DNA from: the human T2T-CHM13v2.0 reference genome, Homo sapiens
Direction: 5' to 3' (one strand)
Length of the DNA: 64,000 bases
Assembly: GCF_009914755.1 (NCBI RefSeq)
Contig: NC_060936.1
Under the pieces are notes generated by a model. The model saw nothing but the letters and a program-made list of their open reading frames with translations. It searched no databases and was not told the origin of the DNA. Positions 30,121-49,531 of the stretch are shown here, one piece after another (within the stretch, counting starts at the first letter, position 1; each line of letters starts with the position of its first letter). A program made the translations under genes and the position numbers.

Positions 30121-32669
30121 ACAATGCTCCAGAATCCTCCTTCTCCTCTCAGCTCCCAAACACTTGCAGCCCTTGCTTGGCCTGCAAAAGGGTTTCCTCG
30201 AAGGGGCAAAAGGCACTTTTTATCTTTCTTACTTACCCGCTCAGCCCGGTGCCATGGAGTCTAGAAGATCAAGCTGGGCGGTGGTTTTGGAGACGTTATT
30301 GTAAAAACATATATATTTTTTGATTTAGTTGGGAAATTTGGGGGTTATGGTGGTGTCTTTGTTCTTGTTACCTTTTTGTAAGTTACACCCTCACGTTCTG
30401 CTCCTTCCACTTCTGCAAACTTTCCAGGGTTGGGTAGGCAAAAAGGCGGCTTCGCTGAGGACTGTTTACTGCTCTGGATATAGCAATGGTGTGATCGTCA
30501 TTAAGAGACAAAAGGCGAAAATACAGTCAAATCAAACAAAAGGCACAAGACGCACCAGCCGCCCAACCACCATAGAAAATACCCCCCACTTAACGTTGGT
30601 GTTTGCTGGAACCAGCTAGGACTTGTTTTCCAGTTTTAATCTAGTTTCCTGTGACGGCTTTAGTCTCTCTACACAAAGAAAAGGTCTTCCTTTCCCTCAC
30701 CCACCAGCTCCCCCCAACCCCCAACACCAAAGACGAGAAAAACAGGGCTGTTTTTCTTCAAATAGATCGATTTTCAAAGAAAGTGTACAAGCTACGGGGA
30801 AGAAAGCTGACTAGCATTTAGTGCTGTAAACATTTTCAAAAGCATAAAGCTAGAACCTTAGCTTTATAAAGCAAGATCGTCTCAAGCATCTTAACTGGCT
30901 TATATTAGACAAGAGAGACAAAGACATACATGCAGATGAAGGTTCGGAAAATTAAGGACATCTCAGCAACATTAACATCAAAACTGTACTGCGTCAGGAC
31001 AGAATGGATTGGGTACTTACAATGTAAAAGGTTTTTTAAAAACTAAAAGAGTAACAACTGCTCACAATTTTTTGTTGCTGCCATTTCGCTAGTCCTAAAG
31101 CTATATACATTTAAAACATTACCTTGTTAAAAAGAGAGAAGGAGTTAATAAGATGGCCAGGTTTAAGTGTTTAATAGAGGAAACTAGATATATTTAAAAA
31201 TTTATTGTTCAGTCAAGAGAATACAGATTAAGACAGCTCCAAGCTCCCCCCACCCACCCATAGAACAAAAAGAGGAAAAAAAATATGTCATTTACTTAGG
31301 TTTTTTTGGAATTCAAAACTGTTAACTGCTGACATGAATGGTGTGCTATGACCTAGTTATACAAGACAAAGATGGATTCCAAGTCATAAGGAAAAATCCA
31401 GATCTTTTTAAAAAGTCTTCTCCAGTCTTCCAACTGTGAGTCCTTGGGCCTGTTGACAAATGTTAAACACACTGAGACGTCCTGAACTGGATGGTAGAGT
31501 CAAAGGAAAAACATTCCCCATTTGCAACAAAGGAAAAACCCACTTGGCCATTTAATTCCATTGCAGAAAAATGGCTTCCCTCATCTGTTGGCCTCTCCTT
31601 CGTGTCTGATGAAGGATGTTTTGAGATCAGCGTCTAATAACTCAAGCCCTATAGAAGCCGCGCGCTGATTGGCTGCCGCGCCCTGCCGCCCTGCTCCAGC
31701 CAATTACCTACCCACGGCCAAATTACAAACCCCGAAAAGAGCCCCAATATGAGCTACACCAGCTCCGAGCCCCGGCGAGGCGGCTCCTGCGCCTCGGCCG
31801 CCAGAGAGGAGCGGCAGAGGGGGCTGCAAACGCGTCCTCGCGAAGCCCGGGAGCCTCGGAGTTGAACTCACAAAATGGAAGCCGCGCGCTGATTGGCCGC
31901 CGCCACTCCCGGACCTTTAATAAAGAAAGGGGAAGGAAAAGATAAATGCAAAAAAGGGGGACTCTCTCCTCCGCGGGTGGCTGGAGGAAGGGGGGGAAGC
32001 ATGTGTTCAGGACAATTACAGGGCGCTCCCCTCCAAAAATAAAAACAGAAGAAGGCGTCTATCGCCCAGGTCCAGGCGAGGGCTGCATCCTCCCAGGAAT
32101 GCGAATGCTAACGTGGTGAACCCTGGTCTCCCTTCCCCAGCTCAGCTCCGGGGAGGGGGTCGCGGGCCGCAGGAGGAAGCCGGAGCGCAGATACCTCGAT
32201 TGCAACTCCTCTGAGTCGACGCCGGCCTCCCCCCGCGGCTCCCAGCGTCCACACACACCCTCGGCCCCCCAGACCCCAGCCATCTCCCCGGGCCCCGCGC
32301 GCCCGCCTCCGGCCCGGGCAGTTTGGAAACAGTTTTGCAGGCCCGGGACGCACGCCGCGGCGGTCGCGGCTCTGAGGGTAGTCCCGGCCGCGGGAGGTAG
32401 AGCCCGGGGAGACCCCCTCCCCCGCCAGCCAAGACCCCCACCCCAGTCCCAGAAAAATAAATAAATTAAAAGGCCTTCCCCCGGGGAGGGGGAGGCAGTG
32501 TGGGAGCGCGCGAGTGAGGGGTGGGGGGCCGCTGGGGCCCGGGGCTTTGGCGGCGCAGCTGCCGCCGCCGGGAGAGTGCCTGGGGAAGCGGCGAGGAAGG
32601 AGAGGGGAGGAGGAAGAGGAGGAGGAGGAGGAAGAGGAGGAGGGTGAGCGCTCGGGTCGGGCTCCTTAG

Positions 32670-32898
32670 CGGTGTATTGTGGGATGTGCGGCTACTGGGA
32701 GCCGAGCCTCCGCCGCCAGCCGCCTCCCGGGCAGCAGCAGCAGCAGCGGCGGCGGCAGCGGCAGCAGCTCCGGGCCCGGCAGCCGCGGCGGCGGCGCCCC
32801 CCCTTCCTGGCCCCCGGTCCGGCCGCCCCGGCCTCGGCTCCCTCGGGGGACACCATGTACTGGCTGGCGGCGCAGGGAGGCCGGCGCCCGGCGGGGAT
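32670..32898 (+). other. SETD1B: SETD1B exon 1 (5'UTR; start approximate)
   Basis: GAT|GTAAGC donor at 32898/32899; the next acceptor ttttcag places exon 2 at 33389, 14 nt before the ATG. Confidence 0.8.
32731..32769 (+). repeat. Interrupted (GCA)5(GCG)3 trinucleotide repeat in the SETD1B 5'UTR
   Basis: gcagcagcagcagcagcggcggcggcagcggcagcagct. Confidence 0.9.
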
Positions 32899-33402
32899 GT
32901 AAGCGCGGCTCGGGGAGGGAGAGGCCGCGGCCGGCAGCCGGGCGGCCCAAGCCCCCGGCCCCGGCCCTGGCCCGAGCGGGCGAGCGGGCGGGCGGGCGGC
33001 GGCGCCGCCAGGCCCTGCCGCCAGCCTCGCGCCAGAGCCGGGCCGAGCTAGCGGGTGAGCGCCACGCCGGGCGGCCGGGCGGGCACCATGGGCCGGAGTC
33101 CGCGTCCTCCGGGCGCCCCGGGCCCCGCCAGCCCGCCCAGGGGACCCCCGGGAGCCCCTCGCTGCCGCCCCGAGACGGTGGCCGAGCGGGCGGGCGCGTA
33201 ATTCTCCCGGAAGGGTTATTCTCTCGCTCCATTCTTGTTTTGGGGGGAGCCAGCGAGACAGCTCCTTTCGGGGCGCGCTGGCAAGGTGGGAGGGGGTGGG
33301 GGCCTGCCGATTGGATTCTTTCGCGTGTGTGTAGAAGCGGCCGCCGCCGCCGCCGCGGCGGAGACGACAACAACTTGCTGGTTTTCAGGTTGGGTTAACG
33401 GC

Positions 33403-33576
33403 ATGGAGAACAGTCACCCCCCCCACCACCACCACCAGCAGCCCCCGCCGCAGCCCGGCCCTTCGGGCGAGAGGAGGAACCACCATTGGAGAAGTTACAA
33501 GTTGATGATTGACCCGGCTCTGAAAAAGGGGCATCATAAACTGTACCGCTACGATGGGCAGCATTTCAGCCTGGCG
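33403..33576 (+). CDS. SETD1B: SETD1B exon 2 coding part ([12 protein letters not shown]...FSLA)
   Basis: Strong-context ATG (ggcATGG); [12 protein letters not shown] motif of Set1 N-termini; GCG|GTGAGT donor. Confidence 0.96.
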
Positions 33577-33782
33577 GTGAGTAGCCGGCGCGCCCCCCCA
33601 GCCGTGCCCCGCGTCGTGTCCGGGGAGACGCGCCTAGCGGCCAGGGACCCCCCGCCCGATCCCCCGGCCAACTGTCAGACGGGGCCCCAGCCCTGGAGTT
33701 TGACAAGTGCCTCGAGAAAGGGGTCTGCCCATGGGGAGGGGGACCAGTTCTCTCATCCCGGCCCCCCAATTTCTCCCCACAG

Positions 33783-33881
33783 ATGTCCAGCAACCGCCCG
33801 GTGGAAATTGTCGAAGATCCCCGGGTCGTCGGGATCTGGACCAAAAACAAGGAGCTGGAGCTGTCGGTGCCCAAATTCAAG
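33783..33881 (+). CDS. SETD1B: SETD1B exon 3 ([15 protein letters not shown]...VPKFK)
   Basis: cacag / AAG|GTAGGA; contains the DPR motif (WDR82-binding region). Confidence 0.95.
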
Positions 33882-34377
33882 GTAGGACCCCTCCCCACTG
33901 CCCCGCCGTCCCTCCCCCACCTCCCCGAGTTCGAAAATAACGCCAGTCCTGACCGAGCCCAGCCGGATTCCCAGTTCCCGCCGTCCGGGGCCAGGGAAGT
34001 TTTGGCGGGGAGGGGTAGAGCGCTGGCGAGAGGGTGTCCCCTCTCAGCTACTGAAAACAAAATAACACTGGGTGAAACTGTAATCACGGCGCAGATACAG
34101 TGTCCTGCACGCCCCGCGGGGGGCTCGGCTCCGAGACTCTCCCCTCTCGCTAGCCCACTACAGGACAACTTCTTAAGCCTGAGGGGTCGCCCCTGACCCG
34201 GCAGCAGGAAGAGAAGGCCAGAAAGGGGGGTGGGGAAAGAGAAACTGTTTCTTTTTCCCCTTTCCTTCCGAACCCAGAGGACTTCCACGTTCCAAACGAT
34301 TTAATCCTCCGCTTCCCGGGCCCGCCCGCGTGCATTTTTTTTTTCCAAAAAAAATTTTTTTTTTTTTTAATTTTTAG

Positions 34378-34896
<519 letters not shown>

Positions 34897-36107
34897 TAGC
34901 CCCCTCCTGAGGGTAGAGTCGCGTGGAGCTAAATGTGTTGTCTGTTGCTAGGAGACAGTCTGTAATTTACCAAATGTGCCGGTCCTTGGCCACCGCACCC
35001 CTAGGGACCACCCGGAGGCTTCCCCACCGCTGACACCCCCGCGGGCCCCCTCTCTGAGCCCTGGTGGCTTGGGTTTAGACAGTCCCCAGTGTTGCCTGTG
35101 TTAGGGGAGGAGACAGAGTTTGTTTACTTGTGGGGGACTGAGGAAGTGCCACTAGGATGCCTTGAAATACATCAAGAGAAGGTCTGAAAACTGAAAAGAG
35201 AGTCCTCTAAGGATCCAGGGTGTCCCCCCACCTCCTTGCTGCCCCTTCCCCTCTGGAAGTGGCAGCCAATCTGGGGCCAGGAGTGTTGTTTCATTGATAA
35301 GGTTCTCGACAGAGCCGCCGGGGAAGAGCAGAGCCGGGAAGAGGGAAGAGCCAGGCAGGCGGCTCTGGGTGCTCAAGGGTTGACACTGTGTCTTCCCTCC
35401 TCTCTCTTAAAGAGACCGCAGCACCTCCCCTGCTCTGGAATCAGCTAGGTGCTCTCTGGAGCTGGCTGGGGAGGCCATACCTCCCACCCTGTGGGTCTTC
35501 GGAGGCCCCTGCAGGACCAAGGGGCTTGGAGGACTCGAGGGCATTCCCCAAAGTGTGCCTGAGGCCTCTTTAGGGAAGCTCCCACCTATAAAAGAAGGTG
35601 CCGAGTGCTTTGAGGGCCAGCCAGCTTGTGGGGAGATGTCATTCGGTCCCTAGCCCACCGGGGTCCCCTGGGAAACCCTGCCTGGGAGGGCAAAAGTGCA
35701 GCTTCCAGGAATTTTGTGAGCATGGCGTTCAGGGACAACTGGGACACACCAAACCCAAGGCAGGAAAATCAGAACTTTTCTTTTTTTGCGTTTAATGATT
35801 AAAATGTATTGACCGAGCTCTAAGCCGGTGCCGGGGGGTGGTGGCGGTTATTCCACGCACACTTGCCGAGCCTGTGCCCGGTTCTGTTCCTCCTCTCAGG
35901 GCACAGCCCTCTTTTTCTGTCCAGTCCACAGTCCCTCCCACCCCTTTCCCTAGCTTCTCAGTCTCTGGGGGTTGGGGGGGCAGTGAGGACCTTGGGTGGC
36001 TGCAGCACGATTTCTCCCTGATAATTGAATTGAACATGGTAACCCCTTTCCTATCACGTGCCCACATTTTAAGGAGCAGCCAGGTCTCAACAAAATTTCA
36101 TTTCTGT

Positions 36108-36145
<38 letters not shown>

Positions 36146-36709
36146 AACACAAAAGCCCTCAGAGACTGCCAACTAAGTTTGTATTTCAAGAAAGAGACCA
36201 GTAAAGTGTAGCTCCAGGAACGTGTCTTTTTTGCATATGTAAGCAGCTGCCTCTGAGGCTCTATAAATATCGATAACCCCTGGGCCCTGGTCTATAAAAG
36301 CCTCCTTCTGCTGAGGGGTGGAGGGTTCAAGCCCAAGGTAGTCCCCAGGCCACCCTGGGGCCCTCAGCCTGGTCAGGGCCTGTGGAGTTCACAGTAATGT
36401 GCTACTAGAGCGTGTTGCAAACTCTGCTGCTCACCTGGCCCCAGATATTTAACAAACTCTGGCTTCTGTGTCACGGGCTTCCCTTCCTCTTACTGCAAGC
36501 CCCTGGGTATTGAGCAGAAAGGGGAAGACCTGGCTCTGTGGGTGCCATGGCCCAGGTAATGCAGGGGTGGGGGGGGGCTGGGCGTCACGGGTGGCACCTC
36601 TGGGTTTGGGTTTGGGGGAGTCTCAGCCCCAGGAGACATGAGCTTCTGGATCTCAGGATCAGAAAAATGGTGCAGCTCAGCAGCTTTGTTGAAGAGGTGG
36701 GGACCCTGA

Positions 36710-37114
<405 letters not shown>

Positions 37115-37502
37115 TAGGAGGGTGTGAAGCCTGGCCACGCCCCCCACAATTGGGAGCAGGGCCTAGAGCCCCATTTTCCCAAGTGCTCCTGCAGTAGGGC
37201 TCCATGGGATTGGTTCTGTTTCCTGTGGCTTCTCCCCTCCCCAGCACAGGCTGTGATTCCCACAGACCCAGAGCCTGCCCTGGCCCGCTTTTCCACGTTG
37301 ATGCCAAACATTGCTGTTTCCGGGGTCCTTAGTGTCTGGTGTCCTGGGCATGCCACTACCCCTAAACCCAGAAACCAGAGTTCATGCCCTGCCTTCCAGA
37401 GCAAGGCTGACTCCTTCCAAACCACTGCCTTCCAGGACACAGGGACAACTCTCGCGTGGGGCGAGTCTCATGCCAGCTCCTCCCTGGCATCAGGCTGACT
37501 AG

Positions 37503-37872
<370 letters not shown>

Positions 37873-38264
37873 TAGGAGGACAAAGCCCTTGGCCATCCTC
37901 TCGTGCACAAGATTGTAGTTCTTGGTCATAATCCTGCCTGGAAGGTCTTTGATTTCTGACAGCCTGAGGCAGAAAGAAAATCCCAGCCTAAACCAAGATG
38001 TTACAGTCTTCTTTTTTCTCTGCCTCCTCTGGAATTAGGAATGACCCTCAAGGTTCCCTGAACATATTTGGCTACCCCTAAGATTAGAGAAAAAGTTAGT
38101 ACCATCCTGACACTCCTCCTCAATCTCCCCCACTTCCATTCCTTATGCTGCAGTTCTAGAGCAGTTTGGCTCTGAGCTTCCCAGCAGCCAGAGTGAGAAG
38201 GGAAAATAGCCCTGTTCCATTGCATGTTTTCCCCCAGTGGTCTGACATCTCTGTCTCTCCTTAG

Positions 38265-39584
<1,320 letters not shown>

Positions 39585-40649
39585 TAAGATGCGGAAGCAA
39601 TGGGGCTAGGAAAGCCAATATAACAGGTGGAACTTACAGAATAAAAAGGGGATGCAGAAAACACCAGGGGCTGTGATTGAGCAATTGGTTTGGCAATGAG
39701 CTCCCTAGCAGCCGTGGAGAGAAGGAAAGCATGGCCTAGTTCTGATGCTCTCCTTGTTAGGTAAGAAGTCAGCTTTTCCTAGGGATAAATTCTGGCCTGA
39801 GCTTCTTTGGTAGGCGTTTGCTGAGAGTTCAGAGAGTATGAGCTGTAGGGATGGCTCTTGGTCCCCTTGTCTGTTGCGTGGCTTGGGAATGATCAGGGAG
39901 AGTCCTGGCCCTCAGGCAGAGGGGAGGAGAGAGATTGGCCAGAATACTGTGCTGGGCTAAGTGGGGTGAAGCCCCGGAGCATTGTCTCCTAGAGCCTGGT
40001 GCCCTCTGAAGAGGGGGAAACCATGGCAGACAGGGAGGGTGCTGGTTTCCCTTCTTCTCCCACTGGCTCCAGGGATGAAGGAGTTAAGAGCTAACTTGGG
40101 GTGGGGGTGGGGTGCCATGTAGCCAGAAAAAGGCAAAGTTGACCATCCCCCACCCTCTCCTCAGGTCATGGGGTCTCGTTGCCTAAACCTCCAGCCTCAG
40201 GAAGTCCCGCCCAGGGGTTGGGGGTGAGGGTGCCACGTGCCAGGTTCCCCTGGGAGGGTGTTGGGTCATCTTCCTTGGCTCCACTCCTCCTTCTCGGTCC
40301 AGGCACCTGCCTTGGAGCCGTAGTCCCGGTGGGCATGGGCAGTCAGGGGCTTAGACAGAGCTCTGCGTCCCTGTGGGCGGAGGGGAGGAGGACTGCCCCC
40401 TTCTTGGGCCCTTTGATTAGGCGGGTCTGGCTGCATCAGGGAGGAACGAGAGGAACTTGGCTTGCCTGGGAGGGTGCTGCAGGTGGCTGGGGCTCCAGGG
40501 GGCCTCCAAGCAGTTCTGGGGAAGTGGTTTCTGGCATCAAGGGGTCCAGGCAGGGGGCCTTGGCAGGGGGCGTTGACAGGTGTGCAGCTGTAGGGGGGCC
40601 GCCGGCCCTGGCACCCGTCTCCTCCGCTCCGTCTAGGCTGCCTGGGGTG

Positions 40650-41330
40650 AGGAGTGTTTACCATGCTGACCACGGTCCAGGGCTGAGAGGCCCGCAGTGG
40701 CTGGAGCGAAAGGCAGGCTGAGGCCCCGGGAGCGAGGGTCTGGGACTGCCCGGCCGCCAGCGCAGGGAGTCGCCGAGTGCCGGGAAGCTCCGGGCCGGCC
40801 CGCGGGCGCCCCCTGCTGGCGCCGGGGAATAGCGCCTGGGCTTTCTGCGGCCGCGCGCAGTGCGGGGAGCTGGACCCCGTCCCATCCTAGGTGGGGGAGC
40901 GGCGCAGGCGGGGCCAGCCGAGGGTGCAGGGGGGGCTTTTCTTCTAAACAGTGGCTGGTCGTTAAAAGTTCAGGCTCAAGTTCTTGAGTCCTGCCAAGTC
41001 ACTTACTGGTTATGTGACCCTGGAAAAGGCACTTTTGCCTTTCTGAGTCTCAGTTTCGTCATCTGCCAAATGGGCCTGTGAGAGTCCCTGCAGCACAGGA
41101 CCTCAGCTTAAGTGAGGTGCCGCACAGGATGCTCCCGGCACCGCCAGGCCTGCTGGACTCCCAGTTCTCAGCAAATTCCTGCCGCTTCTCACCCCGAGAC
41201 TGCTGGGCAGAGGGAGGGGCAGGGCCGGCCGGGGCTGGAGCGCAGGTTCTGCCTCCCTGTGATTGGCTGGCGGCGGCGGCCCGGGTTAACCCTCTGTGTG
41301 CCGCGGCGCGCTGTGCTCGGCTCTGTCCAG
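40650..41330. promoter_or_regulatory. Intronic CpG-rich element in SETD1B intron 6
   Basis: CpG clusters, CTCF consensus at 40806-40819 (-), CCAAT box (GATTGG at ~41261). Confidence 0.6.
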
Positions 41331-42059
41331 GACTGATCTGGGGAGTGCTCTCTGAGGATCCACCCGAGCCCGCCTGTCTCTTCTTGATGTGCATGGGGAT
41401 CCTGAGAAGGAGAGTGTGTGCGTGCGTGCGTGTGTGTGTGTGTATGTGTGCACAGAGGGGACCTGGTAAAGTCCAGAGCTTCCTGCCGCTGCCTTAGTTT
41501 GGGTAGTCTCCGTCCTCCTACCCCGCTACCTGCAGTTTTCCTCTGAGGCCTTCCTCACCTGTAGTCTGACCTCTGATCTTGCAACTTGCACAGACTCCAC
41601 CTCCACCCCCACTCCCCCTCAGCCTTCAAAGGTCCCCCCACCCCAAGTCCAGACCTGTCCACTCGGCTCCCTAAAGCCCCACGCCCATCCTTGACACCTC
41701 CCACATTTACCCCTCACCACCGCCCTGGATCCCAGCTGCAGCCCCGCACTGGGCAGGTCCTGGGCTCCAGACCTTCTTCTGACTGGCTGTGCCGCGGGGC
41801 CACGGCTGAGGCTCTGAGTGTGTTTATTAACTGTCAAATGGGTCGGAGCAGAGCCCCCCGCCCTGTGAGGTTATCTTTCGGATAAAAAATGAGGCAGCCG
41901 TCTGCAGCGCTTAGCCCCACGCGGGCCCACACTGATTGTGCAGTCACGAGACTAGGTGAAAAGAGTAATCAAGGAAAAATAAATAACACACTTCCTGTTT
42001 ATGGGCCTTAGTGCTGCTAAACCCCCGCTCCAATGTCACCTTTCCTGCCTGGCCGTCTG

Positions 42060-42680
42060 CCGCAGAGTGAGGACAGCAGGGTGACTGAGAGCACAGGCTG
42101 CAGAACCACTTCCTGGTTCAAATCCCGGCTCCATCTCTTCTTGGCTGTGTGGCCTTGGGCAGGTTACTTAAATTCTCTGTGCCCCAGTTTCCTCGTGGGG
42201 CAAAAATGGAGTTGAAAATAGGGCTGTTCTGAGGATTAGCTGAGTTAATAAATGTGGAGCGTTTAGAAAGGCCCTGGCACATAAGAGACACTATGGAAGT
42301 GGCAACTATTTCTGCACACAAGTTGCAACAGAATCTCTGAAATTGCAACAGTTTCATCCTCTGTGCCCCACCCGTCTCCCTGCCTTCTTTCTCTCCCTCA
42401 CGTTTCCCATATTCACCCTCATCATCCTTTTGCCTTTTCCTGCTGGCTCCGCTCCACAAGAGTAAGATGTTTGCCTGCCTCTTCAACTTTGTGTCCCCAG
42501 CACCTAGACCAGTGCCTGGCACACAGGTACTGAGCAAATGTTTGTTGAATTGGAATGAATGAATGAATTCTAGTGGTAACTCCATGAGGCAGGGACTATG
42601 ATGCCCATTTTGCAAATGAAGACGCTGAGGCTTGGAGAGGCTGAATGGCTTGCACTGGGTCACACAGCTGGGAGTGCCAC
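42060..42680. mobile_element. MIR and L2 fragments
   Basis: MIR core (ggctgtgtggccttgggcagg...), L2 3' end (gtttgttgaat..gaatgaatgaa). Confidence 0.65.
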
Positions 42681-42683
42681 TGA

Positions 42684-44787
<2,104 letters not shown>

Positions 44788-45692
44788 TCTTTTTTCCTTT
44801 TTAACATATTATTTGCCTGTTTGCAATCTTACAGGTAATCTAAAATTACTTATTTTCTCCATAAGAGAGAACTTTTTCTTGAATACTTTAAACTCCCCTT
44901 AATCCCTCCCCTCCACCCCATTCCCCCCTGCTCCCCTCCCTCGACCGTGGTTATGAGTTTGAGTGTCCCCTGGAGCCTGCTTTGGGAAATGCTTGCTTTC
45001 TGCCACAGAGGTAAGCAGCACTTGTCAGAGCCTGTTTGTCATCCGTTTAACTGGGCAGTAAAATTAGAATGAACCGTCTGAAATCACTGATACACAGCTC
45101 TTTATGGTTCAGCCAAATTATACTGACCCTACAGTAACAGCTAATAGCTATTCCATTCACAATTTGAATAAAAAGAGCCACCAGGCCTCATGTGCCCTGC
45201 ACCTTGCAAAGCTCTTCATGTGGCTCGTTTTGTTAATTCTCACAGCATCCCTTTGAAGGCAGAGCATTTCAGAACCACAGGGGCAACCCCTTAGTGAGCA
45301 GTGAAATAAAGCCAGTAGGTCCTGTTTTTAATGCATGGGAAGAGAAGAGAAAATGGGATAGTGTAAATCTTACCTTGTGAAGGTGGTGTTGCACAGATGT
45401 GTCCCTATGGTGTAGTTTTTGGATTGTCTGCAAAGTGCAAAGGCCACTGTTGTAAGGAAGGCAGGTACAGTAGTCCTATTCTACAGGGGAGGACATTGAG
45501 ATCTATGAGGCAGAGCGGTGCTCTAGAGCCTCGTGGGTAACGGCATAGTGTGGCCAGGTGTGTAGGGAATGAGGATGCAGTTACCTGTGGTGGCTGTTAC
45601 TGCCGAGTGGAAGGCAGGTAGCCTGGGGAGGGCTCCCTGCAAGGGTTGGTGGTGCCAGAAGCGGTGACGGTCCCCTCCTGTCTCCACCCCAG

Positions 45693-45954
45693 GCCTCGCT
45701 GACCCCGGTGAAGTCGGGCGAGCACAAGGACGAGGACAGGCCGAAGCCCAAGGACCGCATCGCCTCGTGCCTGCTGGAGTCATGGGGCAAGGGCGAGGGC
45801 CTGGGCTACGAGGGCCTGGGCCTGGGCATTGGGCTGCGTGGGGCCATTCGCCTGCCCTCCTTCAAGGTCAAGAGGAAGGAGCCACCAGACACCACCTCAT
45901 CTGGCGACCAGAAGCGGCTGCGGCCCTCGACCTCTGTGGATGAGGAAGATGAAG
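45693..45954 (+). CDS. SETD1B: SETD1B exon 8
   Basis: ccccag / G|GTTCGT; [16 protein letters not shown] motif. Confidence 0.95.
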
Positions 45955-46011
45955 GTTCGTGCTCTGGGTGCTGGGGTCCCCTTCTTCCGCATCCCCCCAG
46001 CCCAGCTCTGA

Positions 46012-46626
<615 letters not shown>

Positions 46627-46940
46627 TGAGCAATTGTCAGAAATACTTCTGAGCCAAAATGTTGTGCTTTTGAGACGTTACCTTGTTAAAACACACACAC
46701 AGGGTGGCGTACGGTTCCATCTTCAGGGAGTGCCGTGAACATAATGGCATGTCCATAGAAATAGAAAGCAGGTCTGTGGTCCTTAGGGCTGGGGAGCCCG
46801 GTGTTCAGGGGGGCTTGCTCAGCCTACATGGCTTCCTTTTCAACTGATAAAAATACTTAGGGACCAGATCGAGGTGGTGGTTGTGCAACATTACAAATGT
46901 ACTAAATGCTGCTGGAATTATCACTTTGTAACGAGCAGTT

Positions 46941-47916
<976 letters not shown>

Positions 47917-47927
47917 ACTCCTAGTGA

Positions 47928-48899
<972 letters not shown>

Positions 48900-49173
48900 T
48901 AGGCCCTGGGGTGCTGGGCCAGGTGAGGGCTGCAGGCATTGCCCCCTCCGGCATCGTGATGCTGCTGCACAGAGCATATGAGAACTCTAACTGCATGGCC
49001 AGTAGAACTTTCCACAGTGATGGCAGCGTTCTCAGGCTGTGCTGTCCAGCACTGTAGCCTTCAGACACAATGTTGCTACCAAACTCTTGAAACGTGGCCA
49101 GTGGCACAGTGGAACTGAATTTATAATAGTGTTCAATTTATTTTGGCTTACATAGATAGCTGCATGTGGTTAG

Positions 49174-49491
<318 letters not shown>

Positions 49492-49531
49492 CCTAGCACC
49501 TACCTTTAATAAGTCCTTCAGGAAAGGATTA

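Larger units (their letters stand above)
31640..34200. promoter_or_regulatory. SETD1B: SETD1B/LINC01089 bidirectional CpG-island promoter
   Basis: CpG island spanning SETD1B exons 1-3; CCAAT cluster 31654-31897; YY1-like AAAATGG; GGA-rich purine tract 32593-32643. Confidence 0.85.

Noticed and set aside
28341-30304. Long Arg/Pro/Gly-rich ORFs in the CpG island (e.g. 205 aa at 29687-30304)
   Set aside because: Stop-codon depletion in GC-rich DNA; many start at GTG/TTG; no homology recognised
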